Origin: a virus
Taxonomy: Duplodnaviria; Heunggongvirae; Uroviricota; Caudoviricetes
Virus record (IMG/VR): IMGVR_UViG_2541047945_000009
Location: 1 to 32,125 of that record
Strand: one strand, 5' to 3'
DNA length: 32,125 nt
In this document: one piece after another, positions 9,790 to 19,285 of the stretch
Layout: each line of letters opens with the position of its first letter
Numbering within the stretch: the stretch's first letter is position 1
Notes under the pieces: model-generated
The model's database searches: none
Told to the model about the DNA's origin: nothing
What the model saw: only the letters and a program-made list of their open reading frames with translations
Translations under genes and position numbers: made by a program

Positions 9790-10536
9790 ATGAAAAATAT
9801 TGCGGCAGGCGGCATTCTTGAACGTATCCGCAGACTGGCCCCGCCACATGTAACCGCCCCATTCAAAACGGTAGCGGAGTGGCGCGAGTGGCAACTTTCC
9901 GAAGGCCAGAAACGTTGTGAGGAGATCAACCGTCAGAATCGTCAGTTGCGGGTGGAAAAAATTCTGAATCGCTCTGGCATCCAGCCATTGCACCGCAAAT
10001 GCTCGTTTGCGAATTACCGGGTGCAGAACGACGGTCAGCGATACGCGTTGAACCAGGCGAAATCTATCGCTGATGAACTGATGACCGGGTGTACAAATTT
10101 TGCGTTCAGCGGAAAACCTGGTACCGGAAAAAACCATCTGGCGGCGGCTATCGGGAATCGCCTGCTGAAAGATGGCCAGACAGTGATTGTGGTTACCGTG
10201 GCTGATGTCATGAGTGCTCTACACGCCAGCTATGACGACGGGCAATCAGGCGAAAAATTTTTGCGGGAACTGTGCCAAGTGGATCTGCTGGTTCTTGATG
10301 AAATTGGCATTCAGCGCGAGACAAAAAACGAGCAGGTGGTGCTGCACCAGATTGTTGATCGCCGGACAGCGTCGATGCGCAGCGTGGGGATGCTGACAAA
10401 CCTGAACTATGAGGCGATGAAAACATTGCTCGGCGAGCGGATTATGGATCGCATGACCATGAACGGCGGACGCTGGGTGAATTTTAACTGGGAGAGCTGG
10501 CGTCCGAATGTCGTCCTGCCAGGAATTGCGAAGTGA
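9790..10536 (+). CDS. ydaV: DnaC/IstB-like helicase loader ATPase (YdaV)
   Basis: 248-aa ORF with Walker [12 protein letters not shown] and Walker B LLVLDEIG. Confidence 0.85.
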   Translation: MKNIAAGGILERIRRLAPPHVTAPFKTVAEWREWQLSEGQKRCEEINRQNRQLRVEKILNRSGIQPLHRKCSFANYRVQNDGQRYALNQAKSIADELMTGCTNFAFSGKPGTGKNHLAAAIGNRLLKDGQTVIVVTVADVMSALHASYDDGQSGEKFLRELCQVDLLVLDEIGIQRETKNEQVVLHQIVDRRTASMRSVGMLTNLNYEAMKTLLGERIMDRMTMNGGRWVNFNWESWRPNVVLPGIAK

Positions 10537-10558
10537 TTTTTACCGGGAGGAAATTTTA

Positions 10559-11320
10559 ATGGAGACTGTTTTTGACGCACTGAAAGCAATGGGAAAAGCC
10601 ACGTCGGTAGAACTGGCTGCGCGACTTGATATCAGTCGTGAAGAGGTACTGAACGAGCTGTGGGAACTGAAAAAGGCTGGTTTCGTTGATAAAAGCGTAT
10701 ACATCTGGCGTGTGGCTGATAACAACGTTCAGCAGGAACAGCCAGAGCAGGCAGAACTGCCGGAAGAAACCACCACGGCAACAGTCGCAAAAATTTCGGA
10801 GTGCGATTTAACTGCGACGATTGAACAACGTGGCCCACAAACGGCGGATGAACTGGCTACGTTTTTCGGCATCACATCACGCAAAGTGGCTTCAACGCTG
10901 GCAATGGCAATCAGTAAAGGTCGTCTGATTCGCGTTAATCAGAACGGTAAATTTCGTTACTGCATGCCGGGCGATAATTTACCAGCAGAGCCGAAAGCTG
11001 CATCGGTAGCGGAAACTGATGGTAAAGCCTTTCCTCAGCCAGCCGGTGTTGCGTTACCAGCACAGGAAGCGGCAACACAGGAAGAAATTAAAACAGATAC
11101 TATGGGGGACATTGTGCAGTCACTACCATCGTTCACTGAAACGCGAGCCAATGACCTGATTTTACCATCGCTGCATATGGCAAACCGCGAACTGCGCCGG
11201 GCGAAAAGTCATGTCCAGAAGTGGGAGCGAGTCTGCGCCGCGCTGCGTGAGTTGAACAAGCACAGGGATATTGTACGACAGATTACTGATTCTTCCCGCC
11301 ATGTTGCATCGGAAAAGTGA
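10559..11320 (+). CDS. ydaW: YdaW-like protein, full length
   Basis: 253 aa from [13 protein letters not shown]… with GGGAGG Shine-Dalgarno; two winged-helix-like segments. The track start at 10508 would overlap ydaV. Confidence 0.6.
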   Translation: METVFDALKAMGKATSVELAARLDISREEVLNELWELKKAGFVDKSVYIWRVADNNVQQEQPEQAELPEETTTATVAKISECDLTATIEQRGPQTADELATFFGITSRKVASTLAMAISKGRLIRVNQNGKFRYCMPGDNLPAEPKAASVAETDGKAFPQPAGVALPAQEAATQEEIKTDTMGDIVQSLPSFTETRANDLILPSLHMANRELRRAKSHVQKWERVCAALRELNKHRDIVRQITDSSRHVASEK

Positions 11321-11335
11321 TTGCCGGAGGCACCT

Positions 11336-11665
11336 ATGGCAAAAGTATTTACACCAGAAGAGCGGGAAAAAATTAAAGGGCAGGTTGTTGAACTTGTACG
11401 TCTGAGCGGTCGCGAGACGTTACGGGCTCTGGAGGCTAAAACCGGTGCATCAAGGTATTACATAAGCACTCTTGCCAGAGAACTGGTCGCCAGTGGTGAT
11501 GTTTACAATTCTGGCTACGGATTATTCCCGTTTGAGCAGGCGCGTAAAGACTGGCAAAACGCCCGCAAAAAACTATCAAGGGCAAAGATGAAGAAACCGG
11601 TTGTGGTAGATCCAAACCTAATCTGGTCATTACCTGATGGAGAAATCCGTCGCCTTAGTCTTTGA
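11336..11665 (+). CDS. Hypothetical protein, HTH-like
   Basis: ORF from ATG MAKVFTPEEREK… with GGAGG Shine-Dalgarno; …RETLRALEAKTGASRYYISTLAREL… looks like a helix-turn-helix. Track ORF begins at 11321 with a non-ATG codon. Confidence 0.45.
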   Translation: MAKVFTPEEREKIKGQVVELVRLSGRETLRALEAKTGASRYYISTLARELVASGDVYNSGYGLFPFEQARKDWQNARKKLSRAKMKKPVVVDPNLIWSLPDGEIRRLSL

Positions 11666-11700
11666 TACTATGTTTATAATGTTGAAAAAGAGTCTAATAG

Positions 11701-11730
11701 TTGACATTGTATGAAATATGATTGTTATAT
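11701..11730 (+). promoter_or_regulatory. Candidate sigma70 promoter for the NTPase gene
   Basis: Perfect TTGACA at 11701-11706, about 18-bp spacer, TTATAT; roughly 35 bp upstream of the ATG at 11767. Confidence 0.4.
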
Positions 11731-11766
11731 AAAATGATTTTTTTGGAGACTGTTTAAGGTAAACAA

Positions 11767-14025
11767 ATGAAACCAGAATACTTAAGGAAAATAGAATCAT
11801 TGCAACGTGAGGTTGATGATTTCCATCCAGTGCTAAGAGCGCTTCTACCACGTTTGCCGACTGTTACACATGTTGAATATAAGCAAGGACCATCAGAAAA
11901 AGGTGCTGATTTTGTCATAATTAAACGAGATGAGGCATTAGATGAGGAAATATATATTGGGGTTATTTGTAAGGTTGGAAAGATAATTCAGTCAAATAGT
12001 GAGGTCGAACGACAAATAGAAGAGTGTCAATTATACCCACGCTTTATTTCTTCTGGCTCTAAGAACATACATTTGAATGAAATTTGGGTTGTTACTAATT
12101 CATCAATCTCAAATAATGCTCAAGAAAAAATCTACTTAAAATTCAAATCTACAAATATAAAGTTTATAGAAGGTGAGAAAATATGTTCTTTAATCAGTAA
12201 ATATTACCCAGAGTTTTGGGATTTCGAATCCATTAATTATGAGCAATACTTAACAGATACATTGCAAACCATAAGTGATACTCCTGAAAGTTCTTTTTTT
12301 GGTAGTGTTGGCATAAATAACCTTATTGATAGATATGTAAGCAAGGAAGATCATAAAAAACGCAGGCACAGGCCGTTAAAACTGTATAGTGTTGTGAGAG
12401 CCGAGAGATTTATTTTTTTAGAGGGAACTGTTGGCTCCGGGAAAAGTACTTTGCTGAAACAGCTAATTAAAAAAATAAAAGAAGAATATTCTTACGAAAA
12501 AGACTACATCCTTCCAGTATTTTGCCAATACAAGGATGTTCTAGAAAAAAAACTCAATATTGAAAATATAATACAAAGTGTATTAAGTAAGTACAAAATA
12601 CAACATGATGGGAATATTTTATTAATTGTTGATTCGGTGGATGAAGTAAAGGAATCACTTGAGGAAAGGCAAAACAACTTCAGGGACATTGTAGAGAAAG
12701 TATCCAGGAGTGATAAAGTTCGATTACTAGTTGCTTCAAGAATTATGGACTCTCTTCAGGACTATGAAGTTATCGATCAGATGTTTGCAAGATACTCGAT
12801 AATACCACTTAGCACAGGTCAAATAATCGACTTTGTAGATAAAATCTGCAATGACATTAAAATAACAAACAAGCTTAAGAATGGTATAGAAAAAACACCA
12901 CTATTTAAATTCATTCCCAGGACTCCAGTGAGTGCTATTCTTCTAGCAAGAATACTCTCTGATGAGATTAAAGAATTACCATCTACAATGACAGAACTAT
13001 ACTCAAAATACAGTGAGATAGTATTGGGACGATGGGATACATCTAAGGGATTATTATCGCAAACAGAATATGATGTAATAAGTAATATATTAGTAGAAAT
13101 TGCGATGTTTATGATGGATAACTCTCTAAACTGCATATCAATTTCTGAAGTGCAGGACATGTTTTTAAATTATTTGGCCAAAAGAAACTTGAATGTTGAT
13201 GAGGACAAACTTTTCAAAAGACTAATTTATCGCAGTGAAGTAACAACAGTTAATGTTAGAACTAATACGTTCTCATTTCTACACAGATCATTCATGGAGT
13301 ATTTTTACGCTGAAGGACTTAGGAAGCGTGGCTTAATAGACATAAATGATAATATTTATGATATTTATTGGGCAAATAGTTATTTCTTCTATTTTGGTTT
13401 ATTAAGAGACAATGAATATCTTATTGATAAAATTAATGAACTTAAACCTAGTAACGATAAAACAAGATTTTTAAGGTTATTTTATAACGGTTCTTTTTAT
13501 TTGGCTTCATATCTAACTCCGTATAAAAAAATAGCAAGGGGAGTCCTTTTATCATATATAGATGCAGGTAAATTATATGTTGATATTCTCCATGGAAATA
13601 CCGACATCCCGCTGAAGGAGTTTTCACCAGTAGCTCTTCTTTGTATTTTTACAAAGTGTTTAAGTAACAATTACGCATATGATTTTTTCAAATCTGCCTT
13701 GGAAGACTTGTCAGTTCAAATTGAACAATATGAGGAAATTGGGGAACATATTGATTATGCACGTTTCTTCATAGCATCAACACTGAATGAGCTCGGGGAT
13801 AAATCCGCATTTGATAGCTTAGTGGAAAAAAATAAATTAGGTGTTTTGATTAATTTAGGGATAACTCACGTTACAGACGACTCAGGGCTACTAAGTACTA
13901 CGGTTGATAAGTACCTGAAAAAATTCAATAAAAAAGTACGAAGTAACCATGATATGTCTAATTATATATCTAAGTTATATGAGGAATCTACTGGTTCCTT
14001 ACGTACAAACCTACAAATTCAATAA
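11767..14025 (+). CDS. NACHT/STAND-like P-loop NTPase with N-terminal Mrr-like (PD-(D/E)xK-like) domain; candidate antiphage protein
   Basis: 752-aa ORF. Walker A GTVGSGKST (aa 220-228, nt 12424-12450); Walker B LLIVDSVDE (aa 285-293) followed by RLLVASR, the hhhhD[GAS]xDE + sensor pattern typical of NACHT. N-terminus …GADFVIIKRDEALDEEIYIGVICK… resembles an Mrr-type nuclease core. Strongly AT-rich compared with flanking genes. Confidence 0.8.
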   Translation: MKPEYLRKIESLQREVDDFHPVLRALLPRLPTVTHVEYKQGPSEKGADFVIIKRDEALDEEIYIGVICKVGKIIQSNSEVERQIEECQLYPRFISSGSKNIHLNEIWVVTNSSISNNAQEKIYLKFKSTNIKFIEGEKICSLISKYYPEFWDFESINYEQYLTDTLQTISDTPESSFFGSVGINNLIDRYVSKEDHKKRRHRPLKLYSVVRAERFIFLEGTVGSGKSTLLKQLIKKIKEEYSYEKDYILPVFCQYKDVLEKKLNIENIIQSVLSKYKIQHDGNILLIVDSVDEVKESLEERQNNFRDIVEKVSRSDKVRLLVASRIMDSLQDYEVIDQMFARYSIIPLSTGQIIDFVDKICNDIKITNKLKNGIEKTPLFKFIPRTPVSAILLARILSDEIKELPSTMTELYSKYSEIVLGRWDTSKGLLSQTEYDVISNILVEIAMFMMDNSLNCISISEVQDMFLNYLAKRNLNVDEDKLFKRLIYRSEVTTVNVRTNTFSFLHRSFMEYFYAEGLRKRGLIDINDNIYDIYWANSYFFYFGLLRDNEYLIDKINELKPSNDKTRFLRLFYNGSFYLASYLTPYKKIARGVLLSYIDAGKLYVDILHGNTDIPLKEFSPVALLCIFTKCLSNNYAYDFFKSALEDLSVQIEQYEEIGEHIDYARFFIASTLNELGDKSAFDSLVEKNKLGVLINLGITHVTDDSGLLSTTVDKYLKKFNKKVRSNHDMSNYISKLYEESTGSLRTNLQIQ

Positions 14026-14037
14026 TAAATAGATTGT

Positions 14038-14070
14038 CACATTGAAGGTAACGTATCGACCTTCAATGTG
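14038..14070 (+). terminator. Hairpin just downstream of the NTPase gene (possible terminator)
   Basis: Perfect 11-bp inverted repeat CACATTGAAGG / CCTTCAATGTG with 11-nt loop, followed by moderately U-rich ATTATTATCCTCTT. Confidence 0.3.
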
Positions 14071-14687
14071 ATTATTATCCTCTTAATAATATAGCCTAGG
14101 CTACTTTCGACTTTCTGAGGCACAGAGATTGCAGAATGTATCAATCATAGTGAAGCTATCGTAAATGTCCGCACGTTTCTACAGATAGTCAGATTTGAGT
14201 GAACTGCCTCCGCAAAATGCTGGTTGGGGCCTGACTTAATACATCTGAAGAAGTGTTGGTTATGTTTGGCTGTTATGAATCAGATAATTGATATGTTGAT
14301 TAGAGGAGAAGATAGAATCAACATGGTTGTTTTTCGTATAACTATTTGTTTTACTTTTAGTTTATGCATTCTGTGTGTTAGGAGTAAGTTATTAAAGTTT
14401 AACCAAAAAATCTTGATGTCGTCCACATAGATTACTGTTACTGAACCTTATTGTGTGCATTAGTTGTGTTTTGAAATTTCAATTTAATTATTTATGATGT
14501 GTATTTTTAACGATAAATGTTTTCTGGGTAAAAGACAGTGGGGGATGAGATAGGCAATATATCATTAATCTTGATTATCTCCAGGATGCCTTTACTGTTC
14601 ATATAAATAAATCACATGCGCATCAAGTAATGTAAAGGCATCCTTTTAGTTATATCTTATTAAATGTTAATGCTTTGAGTGGAAAAC

Positions 14688-14840
14688 ATGATTCCAGCAA
14701 TTATCATATGGCTACTTTATAAAAATAATGCCCATATAAAACAACAAGTGAAAAGGATTACGGATAAAAAAGGAGCGAGATGTGCAAAGTTGTTATTTTC
14801 CATGTTTAACCACCTTAAACAATTGATGATGACGGGATGA
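14688..14840 (+). CDS. Small ORF (50 aa), possibly a small membrane protein
   Basis: MIPAIIIWLLYKNNAHIKQQVKRITDKKGARCAKLLFSMFNHLKQLMMTG; weak Shine-Dalgarno; preceded by a 12-bp inverted repeat (14584-14642) and followed by a hairpin (14865-14899). Could be non-coding. Confidence 0.2.
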   Translation: MIPAIIIWLLYKNNAHIKQQVKRITDKKGARCAKLLFSMFNHLKQLMMTG

Positions 14841-15055
14841 TTGCATCTGCAATGCTTTTATTGAAATGTTATGATAAAAAAGAACTTTTTCATAACATTA
14901 AAATGCAATTTATCTAATCGTTTTTAATAATAAGTGTGGTATTTCTATCCTTGTACCAGCTATTTAGACTGGCCCCCTGAATCACCAGACAACCAATATC
15001 ACTTATTTAAGTGATAGTCTTAATACTAGTTTTTAGGCTAGTCATTGGAGAGCAG

Positions 15056-15421
15056 ATGATTGATGTCTTAGGACCGGAGAAACGCAGACGGCGTACCACA
15101 CAGGAAAAGATCGCAATTGTTCAGCAGAGCTTTGAACCAGGGATGACGGTCTCCCTCGTTGCCCGGCAACATGGTGTAGCAGCCAGCCAGTTATTTCTCT
15201 GGCGTAAGCAATACCAGGAAGGAAGTCTTACTGCTGTCGCCGCCGGAGAACAGGTTGTTCCTGCCTCTGAACTTGCTGCCGCCATGAAGCAGATTAAAGA
15301 ACTCCAGCGCCTGCTCGGCAAGAAAACGATGGAAAATGAACTCCTCAAAGAAGCCGTTGAATATGGACGGGCAAAAAAGTGGATAGCGCACGCGCCCTTA
15401 TTGCCCGGGGATGGGGAGTAA
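15056..15421 (+). CDS. insC: IS2 OrfA (InsC), HTH transposase subunit
   Basis: 121 aa from [24 protein letters not shown]…, matching IS2 InsC from memory. Confidence 0.9.
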
Positions 15422-16284
15422 GCTTAGTCAGCCGTTGTCTCCGGGTGTCGCGTGCGCAGTTGCACGTCATTCTCAGACGAACCGATGACTGGATGGATGG
15501 CCGCCGCAGTCGTCACACTGATGATACGGATGTGCTTCTCCGTATACACCATGTTATCGGAGAGCTGCCCACGTATGGTTATCGTCGGGTATGGGCGCTG
15601 CTTCGCAGACAGGCAGAACTTGATGGTATGCCTGCGATCAATGCCAAACGTGTTTACCGGATCATGCGCCAGAATGCGCTGTTGCTTGAGCGAAAACCTG
15701 CTGTACCGCCATCGAAACGGGCACATACAGGCAGAGTGGCTGTGAAAGAAAGTAATCAGCGATGGTGCTCTGACGGGTTCGAGTTCCGCTGTGATAACGG
15801 AGAAAAACTGCGAGTCACGTTCGCGCTGGACTGCTGTGACCGTGAGGCACTGCACTGGGCGGTCACTACGGGCGGCTTCAACAGTGAAACAGTACAGGAC
15901 GTCATGCTGGGAGCGGTGGAACGCCGCTTCGGCAACGAGCTTCCGGCGTCTCCAGTAGAGTGGCTGACGGATAATGGTTCATGCTACCGGGCTAATGAAA
16001 CACGGCAGTTTGCCCGGATGTTGGGGCTTGAACCGAAGAGCACGGCGGTGCGGAGTCCGGAGAGTAACGGCATAGCAGAGAGCTTCGTGAAAACGATAAA
16101 GCGTGACTACATCAGTGTCATGCCCAAACCAGACGGGTTAACGGCAGCAAAGAACCTTGCAGAGGCGTTCGAGCATTATAACGAATGGCATCCGCATAGT
16201 GCACTGGGTTATCGCTCGCCACGGGAATATCTACGGCAGCAAGCCAGTAATGGGTTAAGTGATAACAGGTGTCTGGAAATATAG
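15379..16284 (+). CDS. insD: IS2 OrfB (InsD), DDE transposase catalytic subunit
   Basis: 301-aa ORF overlapping insC in the -1 frame; matches IS2 InsD from memory. Confidence 0.9.
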
Positions 16285-16419
16285 GGGCAAATCCACTATT
16301 TGATATGTAGTGTTTGTTCATGCTATGTGGAGCTTTACACCATAGCCAGTTTATTTATACTTTATTCGTCAGCCTGAACAACTGGCATCTGCTGCACTGC
16401 GCCATAGAGAGATTGAGAA

Positions 16420-17019
16420 ATGGCGCATATACAACTAGTCAAACAAACCTCTTCCGGATTACTTCTCCCGGCGACGCCGGAGAGTTGCGATTTTCTGCAT
16501 CAAATCAAAATAGGTGAGTGGATACACGCAGACTTTAAGCGTGTGCGTAACTACGCATTCCACAAGCGTTTTTTCAAACTCCTGCAACTGGGATTCGATT
16601 ACTGGACTCCGGTCGGTGGGGCGATCACGCCTCGCGAACGAGAACTGCTGTCTGGTTTCGTTGATTACCTGTGCGAATCAGTTGGTCGGGAACACACGCC
16701 AGCCCTGAGTGATGCCGCAGAGCAATACCTTAACACCGTTGCGACTCGTAGAACCCGGGATACGGCGTTGCTAAAGTCGTTTGAGGCTTTCCGCGAGTGG
16801 GTAACCATTCAGGCCGGATTTTACACCGAGCATATTTATCCGGACGGTAGCCGTGGGCGTCGGGCAAAATCCATCGCTTTTGCGAATATGGACGAAACCG
16901 AGTTTCAGCAGGTTTATAAATCTGTACTGAATGTGCTGTGGAACTGGATTCTGTTCCGTAAATTCTCCTCTCAGGAGGAAGTTGAAAATGTGGCCGCACA
17001 ACTACTGGAGTTTGCGTAA
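16420..17019 (+). CDS. nin-region protein (DUF1367-like, uncertain)
   Basis: 199-aa ORF MAHIQLVKQTSSG… at the head of a coupled three-gene operon; family name recalled from memory and not verified. Confidence 0.6.
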   Translation: MAHIQLVKQTSSGLLLPATPESCDFLHQIKIGEWIHADFKRVRNYAFHKRFFKLLQLGFDYWTPVGGAITPRERELLSGFVDYLCESVGREHTPALSDAAEQYLNTVATRRTRDTALLKSFEAFREWVTIQAGFYTEHIYPDGSRGRRAKSIAFANMDETEFQQVYKSVLNVLWNWILFRKFSSQEEVENVAAQLLEFA

Positions 17020-17309
17020 TGGTGAATTTACGTAAAGCGGCTAAAGGCCAGATGTGCCAGATCAGAATCCCTGGCTACTGCAATCACAATCCCGAAACCT
17101 CTGTGCTGGCGCATTACAGGCTGGCGGGGACGTGCGGAACAGCGACAAAACCACACGATATGCAGGCGGCGATAGCCTGTAGCTCATGCCACGATCTAAT
17201 CGACGGGCGGGTAAAAACCAGCGATTACACCAAAGAAGAATTGCGCCTGATGCATGCTGAAGGGGTTTTTCGCACACAAGAAATCTGGAGAAAGAAAGGT
17301 CATTTATGA
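17019..17309 (+). CDS. YbcO-like protein (DUF1364, Cys-rich)
   Basis: 96 aa MVNLRKAAKGQMCQIRIPGYCNHNPETSVLAHYRL…CSSCHDLIDGR resembling DLP12 YbcO from memory; start overlaps the upstream stop (TAATG). Confidence 0.65.
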   Translation: MVNLRKAAKGQMCQIRIPGYCNHNPETSVLAHYRLAGTCGTATKPHDMQAAIACSSCHDLIDGRVKTSDYTKEELRLMHAEGVFRTQEIWRKKGHL

Positions 17310-17848
17310 TTTACCCAACGAATACAGGAAAAAGCGGAGAACACCTTCGCCTCACCACGCTGGAAAGTGTCTGGATTCAGGGAAAACTACGTATGTGGGG
17401 GCGCTGGTCGTATATTGGCGGTGGCAGGTCAGGGAATATGTTCAATCAGTTGTTGGCATCCAAAAAACTGACGAAAACAGCCATTAATGAAGCCCTGCGC
17501 AGAATGAAAAAAGCGGGAATAGAGAAAGCTGAGCTGGAAGCGTTTTTGCGAGAGATGATCAACGGCAAGCAAAAGAGCTGGCTGGCGCATTGTACTGATG
17601 CAGAGGCGTTATGTATTGATCGAGTCATAAGTGAGGTGCTGGCAGAGCATCCAGGATTGATTTGCATTCTCCGGCAACGCTATGAAGGGCGGGGGATGAC
17701 TAAGCGCAAAATGGCTGAATTGCTAAATGATGCACACCCAGAGTGGTGTTTTAGCACATGCGAAAAACGGATTGCTAATTGGTTAGCTGTTGCTGAGTAT
17801 GCCCTATATATTCCCATGCGTGAATCATTTGCTGAGAAAATGGCTTGA
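17306..17848 (+). CDS. Putative late-gene antiterminator Q-like protein
   Basis: 180-aa ORF, ATGA-coupled to the upstream gene, last gene before an intrinsic terminator and the lysis region. Assignment rests mainly on position. Confidence 0.5.
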   Translation: MIYPTNTGKSGEHLRLTTLESVWIQGKLRMWGRWSYIGGGRSGNMFNQLLASKKLTKTAINEALRRMKKAGIEKAELEAFLREMINGKQKSWLAHCTDAEALCIDRVISEVLAEHPGLICILRQRYEGRGMTKRKMAELLNDAHPEWCFSTCEKRIANWLAVAEYALYIPMRESFAEKMA

Positions 17849-17938
17849 TTTCTTACGTATAAACTGCTTCAATTTTGCTATGCTTCGCAAAGCTGTATCG
17901 CGAGGCGGATTGCAGACATGGACATCGTAAAAAAACCG

Positions 17939-17965
17939 CTTAATGCGGTTTTTTTACGTCAGGAA
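17939..17965 (+). terminator. Intrinsic terminator downstream of the Q-like gene (tR'-like candidate)
   Basis: AAAAAAACCGC-TTAAT-GCGGTTTTTTT: perfect stem flanked by A-run and T-run, so potentially bidirectional. Confidence 0.5.
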
Positions 17966-18275
17966 AGCAGGGGAGAATGCTGCTAGTTGGGCAACTGGTC
18001 TTTCTGCTCCAAATTATAACAGAGACCAGTTATAGTTTCGGTGCTGTGTTTTTTTTACAATATTGTGATAACACATTGCTGGCGGGAGTTTTGATATTTC
18101 TTGGCAGGGGCTGATGATGCGTTATCCTGATGTCGTCAACTCATATAAAATGAGATGAGAGATCATTGCAGGGTGGTTTGTAATTCGCTGTTTAGCGGGA
18201 CAATATGTTGTCTGATACAAGACACCCGACGCCTCAGATTACTATAATAAAGACGAAGCATCCTTTGTATTGACC

Positions 18276-18302
18276 AACCGCCTGTTTAGGCGGTTCTTTT
18301 TG
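18276..18302 (+). terminator. Intrinsic terminator in the Q-to-lysis interval
   Basis: AACCGCCT-GTTT-AGGCGGTT followed by CTTTTT; a TATAAT hexamer lies about 30 bp upstream (18243-18248). Confidence 0.4.
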
Positions 18303-18833
18303 GGCTGGTTTATTGTATGCCAAATGATTATTAAAAAGGTTGTGTTAATAACAAAACCCGAAATAATATGCCTGCATATTTTTATCTTGCTTATATTCTG
18401 CATATTGTGCATAGCAGGCTCATCCCTGCAATCAAAACTGTATGATGAGTATTTTTTGTTTTCCTTTTTTCCAGTCATCTGATGATGACCTGCTTCTTTT
18501 TAATCCGGATCGACATCAGTTTTTTAAGATAATTCCTGCGAGTTATATGCATAAATACCACAAACTCCGCATTTTATGTGGTTGGGAGTTGCCGGGCGCG
18601 CAGTGAGTTTGCTAAGAAAACTCCTGCATGGTGAATCCCCCTGTGCGGTGGGGTGATACCATTAACCTTTTCTGTCGCCGACAGGTATCACGAACATTTT
18701 GTTCACCGGGAGGCACCCGGCACCATGCACTTCAATAGATTCTCTCCACATTATGGATATTCTTTCAGAATATCCCACGCAGACTTTGTGTAAATGTTAA
18801 CAAATGTGCGTTTTATTTGATCTGATTCGCTGT

Positions 18834-18863
18834 TTGAGCGTCCAAAACAACGGTATATATAAT
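18834..18863 (+). promoter_or_regulatory. Candidate promoter for the first TolA-like lipoprotein gene
   Basis: TTGAGC, 18-bp spacer, TATAAT; GTGAGGA Shine-Dalgarno before the ATG at 18893. Confidence 0.35.
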
Positions 18864-18892
18864 CCTTTACTATATGACATATGTGAGGAAAA

Positions 18893-19285
18893 ATGGGTTT
18901 TCGTAGCGCATCAATTCTTACGTTGATTATTAGTGGGATTATTATCGGGTGCACTGATGCTGTATCGACAAATTATCATGACCGTACATCATATTACTCC
19001 GATAAAGCAATAGAGACACAGTATGTGAGTTCATCTGAACGTACTTCTGATGTTAGTGAGGATATCCGTCTGTATGCCCATCAAATCAAGAGCGCCATCG
19101 AAAAACAGTTCGGGGATGCGAGTAAGTATTCAGGAAAAGAGTGTACACTGAGAATGCATATGGCCCCGAATGGCCTTCTACTGGAGGTTAAAAGAGAAAG
19201 TGGAGACCTCGATTTATGTCGTGAAGCGATGAATGCGATAAAGAATGCTGATATACCTGCCCCCCCCTTCGCCGGAAGTATATAA
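18893..19285 (+). CDS. Lipoprotein with TolA C-terminal domain III-like domain
   Basis: 130 aa; signal peptide with lipobox IIGC; C-terminal YAHQIKSAIEKQFGDASKYSGKECTLRMHMAPNGLLLEVKRESGDLDLCREAMNAIKNADIPAPP aligns closely with my memory of E. coli TolA domain III (YAGQIKSAIESKFYDASSYAGKTCTLRIKLAPDGMLLDIKPEGGDPALCQAALAAAKLAKIPKPP). Confidence 0.7.
   Translation: MGFRSASILTLIISGIIIGCTDAVSTNYHDRTSYYSDKAIETQYVSSSERTSDVSEDIRLYAHQIKSAIEKQFGDASKYSGKECTLRMHMAPNGLLLEVKRESGDLDLCREAMNAIKNADIPAPPFAGSI

Larger units (their letters stand above)
14965..16295 (+). mobile_element. IS2 (IS3 family), intact, with 5-bp target-site duplication CTATT
   Basis: Left end TAGACTGGCCCCCTGAATC… and right end …GTCTGGAAATATAGGGGCAAATCCA match the IS2 termini as I recall them; 1331 bp; CTATT at 14960-14964 and 16296-16300; insC and insD in the usual -1 frameshift arrangement. 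Confidence 0.92.

Noticed and set aside
12504-13160. Minus-strand ORFs 12504-12689 and 12819-13160
   Set aside because: Antisense inside the 752-aa NTPase gene; low-complexity, AT-rich codons.
14224-14430. 68-aa plus-strand ORF in the island tail
   Set aside because: No ribosome-binding site, Cys/Leu-rich low-complexity translation typical of AT-rich non-coding DNA.
15121-15855. ORFs inside IS2 (15121-15348, 15191-15391, 15424-15855, 15452-15745)
   Set aside because: Antisense or alternative-frame ORFs within insC/insD; IS2 is fully explained by its two known genes.
18242-18482. Overlapping opposite-strand ORFs 18242-18478 (-) and 18270-18482 (+)
   Set aside because: Mutually overlapping in AT-rich non-coding DNA, no Shine-Dalgarno, and the plus ORF would begin inside a terminator hairpin.
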